DNA of 64,000 nucleotides from Chthoniobacterales bacterium (lineage in GTDB: Bacteria > Verrucomicrobiota > Verrucomicrobiia > Chthoniobacterales > Chthoniobacteraceae). Under the pieces are notes generated by a model, which worked only from the letters and a program-made list of their open reading frames with translations, was not told where the DNA came from and searched no databases. The stretch lies in the NCBI GenBank assembly GCA_038238025.1, contig JBBRYC010000013.1, positions 6,356-70,355 of the forward strand. Direction: 5' to 3'. This document shows, in pieces, positions 28,243-37,488 of the stretch. Positions within the stretch are counted from its first letter, which is position 1, and each line of letters starts with the position of its first letter. The position numbers were made by a program, and so were the translations under genes.

Positions 28243-28429
28243 GGGTGGAGCACGCGACTCGCGTGCTGTTTCCGGCGACTCGCCGGAAACACCCGACGGT
28301 GCCACGATGCGGGCTGCGTGCGCAGATTTGGAACGTTTCGGGTGATCCGAAGATCAAACTGCAAACACCGATCCTGCGGGTGTCTGCGGCGAGTCGCCGC
28401 AGACAGCACGCGAGTCGCGTGCTCCACCC
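28243..28429. repeat. 187-bp MITE/REP-like element, copy 1 (perfect 26-bp TIR, four nested hairpins)
   Basis: The TIR is GGGTGGAGCACGCGACTCGCGTGCTG, with its exact reverse complement at the other end. Internal palindromes TTTCCGGCGACTCGCCGGAAA and GTCTGCGGCGAGTCGCCGCAGAC. About 98 percent identical to 52222..52408, which is inverted. Confidence 0.9.
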
Positions 28430-28499
28430 GGAGTGTGGCTTCGCCACTGACGCGCGGCGCTTTGACATCAAGCAGTCTTCGCGTATCTCTGGGTTTCCA

Positions 28500-29312
28500 A
28501 TGCCGACACTGCACTTCACCAAGATGAATGGAGCCGGGAATGACTTTGTCATGCTCGACAACCGCGACCTGAGCCACACGCTCGACAAGGCTGCCATCGC
28601 GCGGCTTTGCGACCGGCATCGCGGCGTCGGCGGGGACGGGCTCATCGCGGTGGAGCCGGCGCAGAACGGCGCGGATTTCCGGATGCGGTACTACAATGCG
28701 GACGGCGGTGAGGCGGAGATGTGCGGGAATGGCGCGCGCTGCTTTGCGCGATTTGCGAGCCGTGTCGCCGGGAAGAATGGCGCGATCACTTTCGAGACGC
28801 AGGCCGGTGTGATCGGCGCGCGGCTGCTCGGCGATGAGGTGCAGCTCGCGATGTCCGCACCGCATTCGCTCGCACTCGGCGCGGAGCTGATGGTCGCGGA
28901 TGAAGAGCTGACGGTGCATTTTCTGAACACGGGCGTGCCGCACGCGATCGTGTTTGTGGAGGATTTGGGAAAGACGGACATCGTGCGGCTTGGCTCGGCG
29001 CTGCGGTATCACACGCAATTTGCGCCGAAGGGGACGAATGCGAATTTTGTCGGGAGGCTGCCGGATGGCTCGATCGCGATCCGGACTTACGAGCGCGGCG
29101 TGGAAGGTGAGACGCTGGCTTGCGGCACGGGCGTCACGGCGGCGGCGCTGATTTTTGCGCGGCTCACGGGCGCGGCATCGCCCGTACGCGTGATCGTGCG
29201 CGGGGGCGACACGCTGCAGGTGGGATTTGAGACTGACGGCGATGGGTGGAAGAATGTGACGCTGACAGGGCCGGCGGATTTTGTTTTCGAGGGTGAGGCG
29301 GCGCTGGAATGA
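28500..29312 (+). CDS. dapF: diaminopimelate epimerase
   Basis: Internal ATG (M92 of track ORF 28227..29312). Motifs FTKMNGAGNDFVMLDN, MCGNGARCFARF and ACGTG (the two catalytic Cys). Confidence 0.92.
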   Translation: MPTLHFTKMNGAGNDFVMLDNRDLSHTLDKAAIARLCDRHRGVGGDGLIAVEPAQNGADFRMRYYNADGGEAEMCGNGARCFARFASRVAGKNGAITFETQAGVIGARLLGDEVQLAMSAPHSLALGAELMVADEELTVHFLNTGVPHAIVFVEDLGKTDIVRLGSALRYHTQFAPKGTNANFVGRLPDGSIAIRTYERGVEGETLACGTGVTAAALIFARLTGAASPVRVIVRGGDTLQVGFETDGDGWKNVTLTGPADFVFEGEAALE

Positions 29313-29400
29313 CGAAGTCCGGATGACGAAGGGGCGGCGGTGGTGGTTCTTGGTTCTTCGCTCTTGGTTCGCCGTTCGCTGTTCGCGGTTCGTCATCCGT
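29305..29400. repeat. hairpin element with TGACGAA-type arms and a 7-mer-periodic loop, just downstream of dapF
   Basis: GAATGACGAAGTCCGGATGACGAA pairs imperfectly with TTCGTCATCCGTCATTCGTTC. The loop GGTTCTTGGTTCTTCGCTCTTGGTTCGCCGTTCGCTGTTCGCGGTTCG has 7-nt periodicity. Confidence 0.7.
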
Positions 29401-29529
29401 CATTCGTTCAGCCCGCCTCCTTCCGTCGGCGGCTACTGAGAAACGACATCGTCATTCGCCGTCCGTCATTTTCACTTTGCCAGCGTACGTGGCGCGGCTA
29501 TCGTTGGGGCAACCAAACGCCCCCGCATT

Positions 29530-29802
29530 ATGATTGAACTTGAGGTTTACGCCGCAGGAATCCGCAGCTTGGAAAAAATCCTGGAACTCGACCATGAACT
29601 CGAGGCGATCCCGGGGCTGCACTACAAGGTGGATAGCAACCACGACATTATTTACCTGGAGTTTGAGCACCCGGCGGTCTCGGTGCAGGAGCTGAAGGGC
29701 ATCTTCGCGAAACTAGGGCTGGATGCGAAATTCGTCGGGACGATCCCGCCGGAACTGAACCCGAAGAAGACGCGGACGCAGCCGATTCGCCTGCCGGCCT
29801 AG
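29530..29802 (+). CDS. hypothetical small protein
   Basis: 90-aa ORF upstream of the mla genes with coding-like, non-repetitive sequence. No recognised domain. Confidence 0.55.
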   Translation: MIELEVYAAGIRSLEKILELDHELEAIPGLHYKVDSNHDIIYLEFEHPAVSVQELKGIFAKLGLDAKFVGTIPPELNPKKTRTQPIRLPA

Positions 29803-29888
29803 GAGCGCGAATTGGCAGCCGGACTTTCACCCTTGCCCCGAGCGGGCTGCACCATTGCGCAGCGCACCCGGGGGGATCGCACGCCCGC

Positions 29889-30671
29889 ATGATCACCGCG
29901 CTTGGCCGCACGACGATGGAGTCTGTCCAATATCTCGGGCAGCTCGGGATGCTCACGTGGGAGACGGCGAAGGCGATGTTCGTCGCGCCGATCCGCTGGC
30001 GGCTGGTGCTCCAGCAGGTCATCGAGGTGGGCTCGCGCTCGCAGGTGGTCGTGGCGGTGACGGGTGTGTTCACAGGCGCGGTGTTTGCGGCGCAGATTTA
30101 TTTTCAGTTCCAGCGGTTCGGCATGGCGTCGGCGGTCGGCTCGGTCACGGCGCTCGCGCTTTTCCGCGAGCTGGGGCCGACGCTCACGGCGCTGATGGTC
30201 TCCGGGCGCGTGGGCGCGGCGATCGCGGCGGAGATCGGCACGATGAAAGTGACCGAGCAGGTGGATGCGCTGCGCTCGCTGGGCGTCCATCCGATCGACT
30301 ACCTGATCGTGCCGCGCTCGATCGCGCTGATGGTCTCGATGCCGCTGCTCGTGGCGGAGGCGTGCGCGTTTGGCGTCATCGCCTCGTATGTGATCGCGGT
30401 CCCGATGCTGCACGTGGCCGAGGCGCCATACCTGCGCTACCTGAACAATTACATCCACCCCAGCGACATCGCGATCTCGCTGATCAAGGGGTTCGTCTTT
30501 GCAGTCATCATCGCGTGCGTGGCGTGCCACGAGGGATTGGAGACCTCGAACGGCGCGGCGGGGGTCGGGCGCGCGCCGACGCGAGCGGTGGTCATCTCGT
30601 CGCTGGCGATCCTCGGGATGAATCTCATCCTCACGTTCGCGCTGAACATCATCTTTCCCTCGGGCCGATGA
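29889..30671 (+). CDS. mlaE: MlaE family ABC transporter permease
   Basis: Motif ALFRELGPTLTALMVSGRVGAAIAAEIGTMKVTEQVDALRSLGVHPIDYLIVPR. Confidence 0.9.
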   Translation: MITALGRTTMESVQYLGQLGMLTWETAKAMFVAPIRWRLVLQQVIEVGSRSQVVVAVTGVFTGAVFAAQIYFQFQRFGMASAVGSVTALALFRELGPTLTALMVSGRVGAAIAAEIGTMKVTEQVDALRSLGVHPIDYLIVPRSIALMVSMPLLVAEACAFGVIASYVIAVPMLHVAEAPYLRYLNNYIHPSDIAISLIKGFVFAVIIACVACHEGLETSNGAAGVGRAPTRAVVISSLAILGMNLILTFALNIIFPSGR

Positions 30672-31405
30672 TCGAGGTGCGCGATCTCTCCAAGAGCTTC
30701 GGCGGCAGCCCCGTGCTGCGCGGGGTGAATCTCACGATGGAGGAAGGCAAGACGCTCGTGGTGCTCGGCCGCTCGGGCTGCGGAAAGAGCGTGGTGCTCA
30801 AGCATCTCATCGGCCTCCTGAAACCGGACGCAGGGTGCGTGCTCGTGGATGGCGAGGACATCACCAGCCTGCCCGAGCGGAAGCTCACGGCGGTGCGCAG
30901 AAAAATCGGGATGCTGTTCCAGAGCGCGGCACTTTTCGACTCGATGAGCGTGGAGCGGAACCTCGCATTCCCGCTGCGCGAGCAGGGCATGACGGACGAA
31001 AAGGAAATCGATGCACGCGTCGCCGAGGCGCTCGACATGGTGGGCCTCGGCGGCGAGCAGTTGAAGATGCCGGCAGATCTCTCGGGCGGCATGCGCAAGC
31101 GCGTGGGCCTCGCACGCACAATCGTGGGCAGGCCGCGCTGCGTGCTCTACGACGAACCGACGACCGGGCTGGACCCGATCACCTCGGACAGCATCAACCA
31201 CATGATTCGGCGCTTGCAGCGCAAGCTCGGCGTCACTTCCATCGTCGTCACTCACGATATGAAGACTGCCTTCCACTGCGCGGACCGGGTCGCGCTCCTG
31301 CACGACGGACTCGTGCATTTTGACGGATCGGTCGAGGAGCTGCGTGCGTCCAAGGATCCGGTGATCACGGACTTCATCGAGGGCCGCAGCGACGAGACGG
31401 ACTAG
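30668..31405 (+). CDS. mlaF: MlaF-type ABC transporter ATP-binding protein
   Basis: Walker A GRSGCGKS, ABC signature LSGGMRKR, Walker B VLYDEPTTGLD. Its ATG overlaps the mlaE stop. Confidence 0.92.
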   Translation: MIEVRDLSKSFGGSPVLRGVNLTMEEGKTLVVLGRSGCGKSVVLKHLIGLLKPDAGCVLVDGEDITSLPERKLTAVRRKIGMLFQSAALFDSMSVERNLAFPLREQGMTDEKEIDARVAEALDMVGLGGEQLKMPADLSGGMRKRVGLARTIVGRPRCVLYDEPTTGLDPITSDSINHMIRRLQRKLGVTSIVVTHDMKTAFHCADRVALLHDGLVHFDGSVEELRASKDPVITDFIEGRSDETD

Positions 31406-31410
31406 ACGGC

Positions 31411-32331
31411 ATGAAAAACGATTCTCGAGGCATCGAATGGAAGGTGGGGCTCTTCATGCTCATCGGCCTGGGGCTGATCGCGGGCATGGCGATCCAGTTT
31501 GGCAAGCTCGGGCAGGGGCTGAAAAAGTATTACATGATCACCGCCGAGTTCCAGAATGCGAGCGGGCTGCTCAAGGGCGCGGACGTGTACATGGCGGGCG
31601 CACGCGTCGGCTTCACGGCGGATGCGCCGCAGCTCATCGAGAAGCGCTTTGCCGTGAAGGTCGTGCTGAAGATCAAGGAAGGGGTGAAGATTCCGCGCGG
31701 CTCGTCCATCCTCATTGGCTCGTCTGGATTTCTGGGCGACGCATTCGTGGGGATCAATCCGCCGGCGAATCCGAACCTCAACGACAACCTGAAAAACGGC
31801 GACTATGTGATCGGCACGCGGCTGGACGGCTTCGGCGATCTGGCTGTGAAGGGTGCCGACGTGATGGAAGAGCTGAAGAAGCGGCTCCAGGAACTCGAGG
31901 CGCCGATCAAGGACATCCGCGAGCGCGTCCTTTCCGACACGAACCTGAAGGCGATTGACGAGACATTTTCCTCGCTGAGCGAACTGACACGCGACCTGAA
32001 GGGCAGCGTGAAGGGCATTGACGACGTGATCACCAAGGCGAAGGAAGCGGTGGACGCGGTGAAGGAAACCGTAGGCTCCGTGAAGGCACCGATCGCGAAG
32101 ATTGATGCCGCGGCAGCCGATCTGAAGGTCACGCTCACGAGCATCAAGAGCGCCGCGAACTCGGCGGACAGGGCGCTCGATTCCGCGAGGGTGCTGATCG
32201 GAAAGGCCAACACCGGCAAAGGCGCGCTCGGCATGCTGCTCGCGGACAAGGAGACAGGCGACAACCTGAAGGCGCTCATCCAGAACCTGCGCGAGCACGG
32301 CATCCTTTGGTACAAGAACAAGGCAAAGTAG
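31411..32331 (+). CDS. mlaD: MlaD/MCE family substrate-binding protein
   Basis: N-terminal transmembrane anchor, then the MCE domain YYMITAEFQNASGLLKGADVYMAGARVG. Long coiled C-terminal region. Confidence 0.85.
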   Translation: MKNDSRGIEWKVGLFMLIGLGLIAGMAIQFGKLGQGLKKYYMITAEFQNASGLLKGADVYMAGARVGFTADAPQLIEKRFAVKVVLKIKEGVKIPRGSSILIGSSGFLGDAFVGINPPANPNLNDNLKNGDYVIGTRLDGFGDLAVKGADVMEELKKRLQELEAPIKDIRERVLSDTNLKAIDETFSSLSELTRDLKGSVKGIDDVITKAKEAVDAVKETVGSVKAPIAKIDAAAADLKVTLTSIKSAANSADRALDSARVLIGKANTGKGALGMLLADKETGDNLKALIQNLREHGILWYKNKAK

Positions 32332-32413
32332 CTCGGCGGCGGTGCTGATTTAACGCAATTTCACGGACTCCGCTCTGGCGTGCCCCCTGCTGGCACGTAT
32401 CTGTGACACACAC

Positions 32414-33412
32414 ATGAATACCGGCCCAACCATCACGCTCCTGCGGGCGCTCTTCATCGTGTTCACCGGGTTCCTCGGTTCGGAAATCGGCAACAGCATC
32501 TGGGGCTATCCGAAGCTCGGCATCTGCGGCGGCGTTGCCTTCGGCCTCATCGTCGTCCTCGCAGACCGGCTGCTGAAGGGCTTCTCGCTGCGGATGTTTT
32601 CCTCCGCGACATTCGGCCTGCTGCTTGGCTTCATCTCCTCGTGGCTGCTCCTTGCGTCAGGCGTGCTTTTTCGCACTCCCGATGATGTGAAATGGCTCAT
32701 CAGCCTCACCGTCTATGCCACCTTCGGTTACATCGGCATGATGCTCGCGATGCGCAGCAACCGCGATGAATTCACGCTCATCATCCCCTACATCCGCTTC
32801 CGCGACCAGAGCCCGAACGACATGCCGATCCTCGTGGACTCAAACATCATCATTGACGGGCGCCTCGCCGAACTCGTCGCCACGGGCTTCCTCTCGCGCT
32901 CGCTGATCATCCCGCGCTTCATCCTCGAGGAATTGCAGACGCTCGCGGATTCGCACGATCCCGCGCGGCGGGAAAAAGGCCGCCTCGCGCTTTCCCGGCT
33001 CCAGGATTTGCAGCGCGACCCGACGCTCACCGTCACCATTCACGAGGTTCCCGTGGATCCGTTCGCAGCCGTGGATTCCAAGCTCATCCAGCTCGCGAAA
33101 ATCCTCAGCGCGCGGCTGCTCTCGAACGACGGCAACCTGTGCAGCATCGCGCGACTCCAGGGCATCACTGCGCTGAATCTGAACGACCTGAACAAGGCCC
33201 TGCGCCCCGTCGTCGCCGCGGGCGACGAGATCACGCTCACGCTCACGAAGGAAGGCCGCGAGGCGCACCAGGCCGTCGGCTACCTCACCGATGGCACGAT
33301 GATCGTCGTGAACAACAGCCGCGCGCAGGTCGGGAAAAATGTGCGCGTCGCGATCAGCTCCGTGCGCCAGACGAGCGCAGGGCGGCTTTTCTTTGCAGAG
33401 CTCGCCGAGTGA
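32414..33412 (+). CDS. PIN/TRAM domain membrane protein (YacL-like)
   Basis: Four N-terminal transmembrane helices, a PIN segment ILVDSNIIIDGRL, and a C-terminal TRAM-like beta segment GDEITLTLTKEGREAHQAVGYLTDGTMIVV. Confidence 0.85.
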   Translation: MNTGPTITLLRALFIVFTGFLGSEIGNSIWGYPKLGICGGVAFGLIVVLADRLLKGFSLRMFSSATFGLLLGFISSWLLLASGVLFRTPDDVKWLISLTVYATFGYIGMMLAMRSNRDEFTLIIPYIRFRDQSPNDMPILVDSNIIIDGRLAELVATGFLSRSLIIPRFILEELQTLADSHDPARREKGRLALSRLQDLQRDPTLTVTIHEVPVDPFAAVDSKLIQLAKILSARLLSNDGNLCSIARLQGITALNLNDLNKALRPVVAAGDEITLTLTKEGREAHQAVGYLTDGTMIVVNNSRAQVGKNVRVAISSVRQTSAGRLFFAELAE

Positions 33413-33520
33413 ACCGCGCCGGAGCGCCGGCACCGGGGCAGGACAACCACGGTTCACACTCGGCCAAATTCGGAGTTTGCGTGCGCGCCACCGGCGACTA
33501 ATTCAGTCCCCTCCACTTTT

Positions 33521-34678
33521 ATGAACCTCACACGCACAGCTTACGGCACCTGGAACGGCGGACGATACATGCACTTTGGCGAAGCCATTGACGAGGCGCG
33601 CTTCGACGCCTGCATCCTCCGCGCCTACGAAAAAGGCATCCGCACCTTCATGACCGCCGACGTGTACGGCAACGGTGCCGCCGACGAGGCCATCGGCCGC
33701 TCGCTCGCCGGTGTGCCCCGCGACACCTATTGCCTCGTCGGCATCATCGGGCACGATTTCTACAGTGCCGCGCGCGACGGGCAGAAGGGCTTCCCGCGCT
33801 TCACCGATCCGCGCCTGCGGCAGCCGCGCGATTTTTCCGAATACGTCCGCATGGCCACCGAGCGCTCGCTCACAAGATGCAGAACTGATCATTTCGACTG
33901 CCTCATGCTCCACAATCCCGACAGCATCGGCTATTCGCAGGACTCCGTGTGGAAGGCGATGTCGCACGTGCAGGACGAGAAAATGACCGAGCTGATCGGC
34001 GTCGCGCCCGGACCGGCAAATGGCTTCACCCTCGATCTGATCATGTGCTTCGAGCGCTTCGGCCCACTGATCGACTGGGCGATGGTCATCCTGAATCCCC
34101 TCGAGCCCTGGCCCGGCAACATGGCGCTGCCCGCTGCGGTGAAGAATGACATCAGCCTCATCACCCGCGTGGTGGATTACGGCGGGCTTTTCCACGATGA
34201 CGTGCGCCCCGGCCACACTTTCGGCCCGCGCGATCACCGCACCTTCCGCCCCGCAGGCTGGGTGGATGCGGGCAGCGCAAAAATAGACGCCATCCGTCCC
34301 ATCGCGGAAAAGCACGGCCTCACGATGCTCCAGCTCGCGTGCGCGTGGAATCTCTCGCAGGCCCCGGTGAAGAGCGTCATCCCCACGCTCATGCAGGAAT
34401 GCGCACAGGTGAACGGCGTCACGCCCAAGACCATCGAGCAAAAAATTGACGAACTCGCCGCACTCCCATCCGTCACGCTCAGCGAGGACGAGGTCGCGCG
34501 CATCTTGGAAATCGGAAACAACAAGGGCTGCATGGATCTCAAGGGCGGCAACCCCGGCCACACCGGCGACCCGCTCCCCGACCGCTGGCCGCTGAACGAC
34601 GAACTGCTCGAAATTGCCGCGCGTTGGAAAATCGAGCCCGCGCGCGACCTCACCTGCACACACGGCAAGGCCGCGTGA
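33521..34678 (+). CDS. aldo/keto reductase family oxidoreductase
   Basis: Motifs GIRTFMTADVYGNGAADEAIGRSL and FDCLMLHNPD. AKR-like sequence over its length. Confidence 0.85.
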   Translation: MNLTRTAYGTWNGGRYMHFGEAIDEARFDACILRAYEKGIRTFMTADVYGNGAADEAIGRSLAGVPRDTYCLVGIIGHDFYSAARDGQKGFPRFTDPRLRQPRDFSEYVRMATERSLTRCRTDHFDCLMLHNPDSIGYSQDSVWKAMSHVQDEKMTELIGVAPGPANGFTLDLIMCFERFGPLIDWAMVILNPLEPWPGNMALPAAVKNDISLITRVVDYGGLFHDDVRPGHTFGPRDHRTFRPAGWVDAGSAKIDAIRPIAEKHGLTMLQLACAWNLSQAPVKSVIPTLMQECAQVNGVTPKTIEQKIDELAALPSVTLSEDEVARILEIGNNKGCMDLKGGNPGHTGDPLPDRWPLNDELLEIAARWKIEPARDLTCTHGKAA

Positions 34679-35102
34679 GATTTCCGCCCACGCCCAGGCT
34701 TCCGATGGAGTGCGAGCGGCAGACGCGGCATAGCGCCATCCGCAAAGGCAACGGATCGTGAATCCAAAATTGATGACAGCCCCCATTGGCACCCGTCATG
34801 CTGACCGAGCATACGCGAACCCGATAAATCAATTTTCCGAGCCGATGATCACACTTCTTGAATGTGCAATGGCTCAAAGAAACGATGCACTCGCGGAAGC
34901 CGCGGCGGTTCCGCATCCCCATCACCGCAGGCAGCGTTCCAGAAAGTGACGGACTCACGGCGTATGTCTCATTCCACAAACAATTAAGAAACGATTCCAA
35001 TGCCGAGAATGAGCTTGTAATCGGTTCGTGCTTTCGCGAAAGCAGCAAACTCAAATTCGTCCACCTCCGCATCAGATTTCCACTTTACAGCACCGAAGCC
35101 AG

Positions 35103-35915
35103 ATGCTAATAAGTAACACTTTGAAGAACGCCGCCCCAGGGATCCGCGTGGATTGCTTTTTCATGCTTTTGTGCATGTTGTTGCTCTGCGTGCCGACATC
35201 GAAGGGCGCGATCGTCAACGGGGACTTCGAAGACAGCGCCGACCTCAGCGGCCCGATTGCGAGCGCACCGCTGACGAACTGGTCGCCGACGCCCGCGGGA
35301 ACCGCCATCGTCCTCGGAACCGATCCGTTTTTCCATAACAGTGATTTCCACTCACTCGTCAGCGCCGGCGGCGGCACCACGGGCGGCTCCATTTCGGCGT
35401 TGTTCCTCAACGACCAAGGCGTCAAGGCCCCTGCAAACTCGATGGCGAGCATCACGCAGAATGTCAGCACCACGCCGGGCCAGTTTTATGACATCCGACT
35501 CTGGGTTGCGAACCTGAGCACCACCAGCACCGGGGCGGGAGACCCGAGTGCCCGGGAGAATCTTTTCTCGGTGATGTGGGGTTCAACTCTCATTGATTTG
35601 TCCGCCATGTCCGTCGTGGGTCACGAACATTTCGCGGCACCGAATCCATCGAACCCGAACGCTGTCGAACTCGCCGGCAACTCGGGCACCTACGTCCTCG
35701 CGGCGGATTCCGCCTGGACGCTGGTGATCATCCCGAACCAGGCGGCGGCGCTCACCGGATTGACGACGACGCTCACCATCTCCGCGCAGAACAACAACAA
35801 CGCGACCGCGGTGGACGCGGTGGATGTCACGCCGGAGCCCTCCAGCATCGTGCTCCTGATCGTGGGCGCGGCATTCGCGGGCACGCGCCGCAGGCGTCAG
35901 CAGCGGGCGGCGTAG
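35103..35915 (+). CDS. PEP-CTERM sorting-domain protein
   Basis: N-terminal signal sequence. C-terminus VTPEPSSIVLLIVGAAFAGTRRRRQQRAA (PEP motif, transmembrane helix, Arg cluster). Confidence 0.8.
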   Translation: MLISNTLKNAAPGIRVDCFFMLLCMLLLCVPTSKGAIVNGDFEDSADLSGPIASAPLTNWSPTPAGTAIVLGTDPFFHNSDFHSLVSAGGGTTGGSISALFLNDQGVKAPANSMASITQNVSTTPGQFYDIRLWVANLSTTSTGAGDPSARENLFSVMWGSTLIDLSAMSVVGHEHFAAPNPSNPNAVELAGNSGTYVLAADSAWTLVIIPNQAAALTGLTTTLTISAQNNNNATAVDAVDVTPEPSSIVLLIVGAAFAGTRRRRQQRAA

Positions 35916-35964
35916 TCCGCCGCTGCGGGGGAACGGTCGCGCTCGGAAGATGCGCGCGGTGCGC

Positions 35965-36543
35965 TCAGGCGAGCAGCGCGCGGATTTGCGATTCCCTCGC
36001 GCGATGCGCGCTGTCATCCATCATCGGGACGCCCGTGATTCCGGCGGGAAGCTCGGGAAGGTGAATCCACGAACGGCACCCGCCAAACTTCGGCGAGTCC
36101 GGAAAGACAAAGGGCGCGCTCAGTTTTTCCACGCGCACGAACGCGACACTCACGCAGCACGTTTCAACTTCCGCGCCTGCGCGCCTGGCCGATGGCAGCT
36201 CGTAGCGGAATCGCTTTTCGATCTCCGAGTCCTGCCAGTGATGGAATGGCGCGAGCCTCCGCACGACCGCGAGATCCGCGACATCCTGCGTCCACTCGAC
36301 CCGCACACGCAGCGAGATTTCGTGCTGCCCGTCGCGGCGCGGCGCGGGCAGCGCGGTGTCCGGCGGGAGCTTCAGCTTCGCGACCTGCTCGTGAAAGAGC
36401 GTCGGGAAGAGAAAAAACTCCGGATGCTCAAAGCGGAATCCCGCGCGCCCCTCCGCAATGCCGCCCTTGCGGATGATGATGCTCTGCGCGCCGCTGCCGA
36501 GCGCGTCGCACACGAGTGTCCATTCTTTGAATCCAATGCTCAT
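35965..36543 (-). CDS. DUF1802 family protein
   Basis: Internal ATG (M25). GFKEWTLVCDALGSGAQSIIIRKGGI..FEHPEFFLFPTLFHEQ matches the DUF1802 N-terminal pattern. Confidence 0.75.
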   Translation of the reverse strand: MSIGFKEWTLVCDALGSGAQSIIIRKGGIAEGRAGFRFEHPEFFLFPTLFHEQVAKLKLPPDTALPAPRRDGQHEISLRVRVEWTQDVADLAVVRRLAPFHHWQDSEIEKRFRYELPSARRAGAEVETCCVSVAFVRVEKLSAPFVFPDSPKFGGCRSWIHLPELPAGITGVPMMDDSAHRARESQIRALLA

Positions 36544-36710
36544 GCACCCCGGATAGCGGAAACCAGCCCATGCGCGCAAGGCGCCGGAAGAAAAGTTCCA
36601 GCGCGCGACAGCCAACTTTCAACGGCTGGCTGGGCGGTGGACGTTTCCCTCGCGCGACATCCCTCGCGACGCCACTTGCCCCGCGCCCGCATCCCGCGCA
36701 TCATCCGCCA

Positions 36711-37427
36711 GTGCCCCTTCATCTGGATCTCCATTGCCACTCGTGGTTCTCCGGTGATGGCGTGAGCAGCCCGGAGGCGCTGATCGCCAGCGCGCGGAGC
36801 AAGGGCCTCCACGGCTTCGCCATCACGGATCACAACACCTGCGACGCATACCACTACATGGTGGAGCGCGGCCTCGCCCGTGCGGACGGCACACCCGTGG
36901 ACGGCTTCCTCGTCCTCCCCGGCGTCGAGGTCTCCACCGCCGAGGGCCACCTGCTCTGCATCGGCGTCACGCTCCCGCAGATGACAGGCGAACCCGCCGC
37001 CGCAGTCGCGCGTGCCGTGCAGGCCGCGGGCGGCCTCGCGATCCCGGCGCACCCGTACGACCTCTTCCGCGCGGGCATCCGCGAGAGCACGCTCGACACG
37101 CTGAAAATGGACGCCATCGAAGTCTTCAACGCCGCGATCTCCTGCCGCAGGTTCAACGACAAGGCGCGCGCCTACGCCGAGCGGCGCGGCCTGCCGATGA
37201 TCGCCGGCAGCGACGCACATCACGAAGCCGCCATCGGCACGAGTCACATGATTCTTGAGACGGATGATTTCACCGTGCGCGGGATCCTTCGCGAAATCGT
37301 GAAGGGCGCGCGCCGCCACGAGCAGCTCCTCTCCTTCCGCGACAAGCTCCGCAAGACGCTGAACAACTGGTTCCGCCTTCGCCGCCGCCGCACCTTCACG
37401 CCAAAAGCGCAGCCGCCCGCACCGTAG
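36711..37427 (+). CDS. PHP domain (polymerase/histidinol-phosphatase-like) metal-dependent phosphoesterase
   Basis: Motifs HLDLHCHSWFSGDG, GFAITDHN, AHP and GSDAH. Probable GTG start at 36711 inside track ORF 36570..37427. Confidence 0.8.
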   Translation: MPLHLDLHCHSWFSGDGVSSPEALIASARSKGLHGFAITDHNTCDAYHYMVERGLARADGTPVDGFLVLPGVEVSTAEGHLLCIGVTLPQMTGEPAAAVARAVQAAGGLAIPAHPYDLFRAGIRESTLDTLKMDAIEVFNAAISCRRFNDKARAYAERRGLPMIAGSDAHHEAAIGTSHMILETDDFTVRGILREIVKGARRHEQLLSFRDKLRKTLNNWFRLRRRRTFTPKAQPPAP

Positions 37428-37488
37428 GCTTGGAAAAGCGCGGGCACTTTTCCGCTGCGCAGATCAGCCTGCGCTCTGACCGGCGCAG

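Noticed and set aside
25701-29396. Very long antisense ORFs. Examples: 25701..29396 (-) 1231 aa, 371..2176 (-), 8772..10277 (-), 20918..22225 (-), 22215..23450 (-), 39699..42098 (+), 44538..45821 (+), 46003..47886 (+).
   Set aside because: All lie opposite well-supported genes with clear family motifs. Their translations are Arg/His/Ala/Pro low-complexity strings. Long stop-free antisense frames are expected at about 65 percent GC.
34679-35102. Possible gene or ncRNA in the AT-richer 420-bp region upstream of the PEP-CTERM gene (track ORFs 34650..35072 (-), 34758..34949 (+), 34858..35109 (+)).
   Set aside because: The ORF translations have no motifs and overlap one another. The region is more simply read as a promoter or 5' leader of a probably acquired PEP-CTERM gene. 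It cannot be resolved without expression data.
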